Virus record (IMG/VR): IMGVR_UViG_3300037068_000078
Coordinates: 1-64,000 of that record
Direction: 5' to 3' (one strand)
Length of the DNA stretch: 64,000 nt
DNA from: a virus
The notes below the pieces were generated by a model, which did not search any database, had not been told where the DNA came from, and was given only the letters and a program-made list of their open reading frames with translations. This document shows positions 62,761-64,000 of the stretch, in pieces. The position numbers were made by a program, and so were the translations under genes. Positions within the stretch are counted from its first letter, which is position 1. Every line of letters begins with the position of its first letter.

Positions 62761-63218
62761 CAAAAATGTACAAGGTAGTATTCATCGGCAACGAGCGGCA
62801 GCGCGATGATTTCGTGGAGCTATTCGGTGATGAGATCAAGCGCTACACAATTGAGCGCGTGGACGACGGCCCCATCGACAGTAGCAAGCCCATCAAGATC
62901 GTGAACGGTCACGCGACTGCAATGCCCCCGGCCAAGCGGCGCAAGAAGCGCAGGATCTCGTCGTCGCAGAACGGCCCGGCCCGCGACCAGTTGCTCCGCT
63001 ACATGCAGAACAACAGCGGCAGCATCACCAGTGCGGCAGCTGGCAAGTTCATGTCCAGGATCAACCTGAAGCCGAACGGCGGTAGCGCGCGGCTGGCTGA
63101 TCTCTGCCTCCTGGGGATGGTGGAATACAACGAGCAGTCCGAGGTCTATACTCTGACGGAGCTCGGCAAGACCACGGAGAAGACCCCGAACCCGGTGTAC
63201 AAGAGGGCAGGGCAATGA
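62757..63218 (+). CDS. Winged-helix domain protein
   Basis: C-terminal SARLADL...G.VE......YTLTELG. Confidence 0.6.
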   Translation: MTKMYKVVFIGNERQRDDFVELFGDEIKRYTIERVDDGPIDSSKPIKIVNGHATAMPPAKRRKKRRISSSQNGPARDQLLRYMQNNSGSITSAAAGKFMSRINLKPNGGSARLADLCLLGMVEYNEQSEVYTLTELGKTTEKTPNPVYKRAGQ

Positions 63219-63406
63219 CCAAGCAACTCCCCAACCCGTTCGACCCCACAGACGAAGGCCGCTTCGAGTTTGACGCGGTGGCGTTCGTCCAGGCGCTTGA
63301 GGAGGCGCTCGTCATCGAGACGGAGCTCATGGCACTGCGCGGCCTGCGCACTAGCAAGTCCGCACAGCTGGACGCCATCGAGGACCTCCGGAGGCTGGCC
63401 TCGTGA
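63215..63406 (+). CDS. Hypothetical protein
   Basis: ATGA coupling. Confidence 0.55.
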   Translation: MTKQLPNPFDPTDEGRFEFDAVAFVQALEEALVIETELMALRGLRTSKSAQLDAIEDLRRLAS

Positions 63407-63732
63407 CCAGCACCACACAGTGGAGGAAACTTGCCGTGGTGGTGGAGATACCAGTGCGCGGCAAGGCCAGCGAGAACGACTTGGTGTACGCCGTGCGAGC
63501 GGCCATTAGCGATGCCAAGCTGCACCAGACGCTCAAGCTGCGTCGCGTGGTGCAGACTGGCACGACGCAGGTGAAGGCCCTGGGGCGCGTGCTCCAGGGC
63601 CGCAACAAGGCCGAGCCCAACGGCGACATCAAGGCCATACGGCTCGCACTCAAGGAGATCAGTGTGCGCGTCTCGCGGCTGGAAACAGCAACCAACCCAC
63701 ACAGAGGGAGCCCAGCTGGTGACTTCGACTAA
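63403..63732 (+). CDS. Hypothetical protein
   Basis: GTGA coupling; SD GGAGG. Confidence 0.55.
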   Translation: MTSTTQWRKLAVVVEIPVRGKASENDLVYAVRAAISDAKLHQTLKLRRVVQTGTTQVKALGRVLQGRNKAEPNGDIKAIRLALKEISVRVSRLETATNPHRGSPAGDFD

Positions 63733-63946
63733 CAAGAAGAAACGCAGGCCGCAGCGGCACGAGCCACCCGTCAACCAAGTGCCACCGTACAACGGCCTGT
63801 GCTGCGGCGGCCCGTACGACGGACAGCCGATGGCATCCTTACGCCTGCGCAAGCCGATGACGCTTGCGGTGCTGGGGCGCATAGTGGGGTCCGGCGAGTA
63901 CGTGCTCACCTGGGGCGTCGTGTGGCTGTGGAAGAAGACGCCATGA
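63719..63946 (+). CDS. Hypothetical protein
   Basis: GGPYDGQ motif; ATGA coupling to a truncated ORF starting at 63943. Confidence 0.5.
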   Translation: MTSTNKKKRRPQRHEPPVNQVPPYNGLCCGGPYDGQPMASLRLRKPMTLAVLGRIVGSGEYVLTWGVVWLWKKTP

Positions 63947-64000
63947 CCACGCGCACAACCATCTTCACCATATTAGCCGTCGCCGCACTGTTGTTCGTGC

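Overview
Near-complete genome of a GC-rich tailed dsDNA phage (contractile-tail myovirus), probably infecting Alphaproteobacteria. The GcrA-like gene and several Bradyrhizobiaceae-style genes point to Hyphomicrobiales; the host is inferred, not shown. The layout has four blocks. (1) ~0.3-32.8 kb, + strand: lambda-type head (TerS, GpA TerL, gpW, portal, S49 protease, scaffold, decoration protein, major capsid E), a Mu-type contractile tail and baseplate, a fibre module and a lysis cassette. (2) ~32.9-34.8 kb, - strand: SNF2 helicase and two small genes. (3) ~35.1-53.0 kb, + strand: replication and nucleotide-metabolism operon (SSB-like, primase, NUDIX, HAD, UvrD, exonuclease, PolA). It contains a thymidine-hypermodification cluster: dUMP hydroxymethylase-like TS, aGPT-PPlase1, a GT-A glycosyltransferase, a twitch/SPASM radical SAM, UDG-like, HD and Nmad1/MazG-like genes. 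No 5hmU DNA kinase is visible. (4) ~53.0-64 kb: probable early region of small ORFs with repeated hairpins and large structured non-coding segments. I found no integrase, repressor, tRNA, CRISPR array or reverse transcriptase. Best leads: a possibly new glycosyl-hmU (base-J-like) modification pathway; a 157-codon gene overprinted inside the radical SAM gene; an 18-aa-periodic, acid-free fibre 'ruler' protein; and structured or bistable RNAs flanking a small basic protein. All family assignments come from reading motifs by eye; no database search was run.
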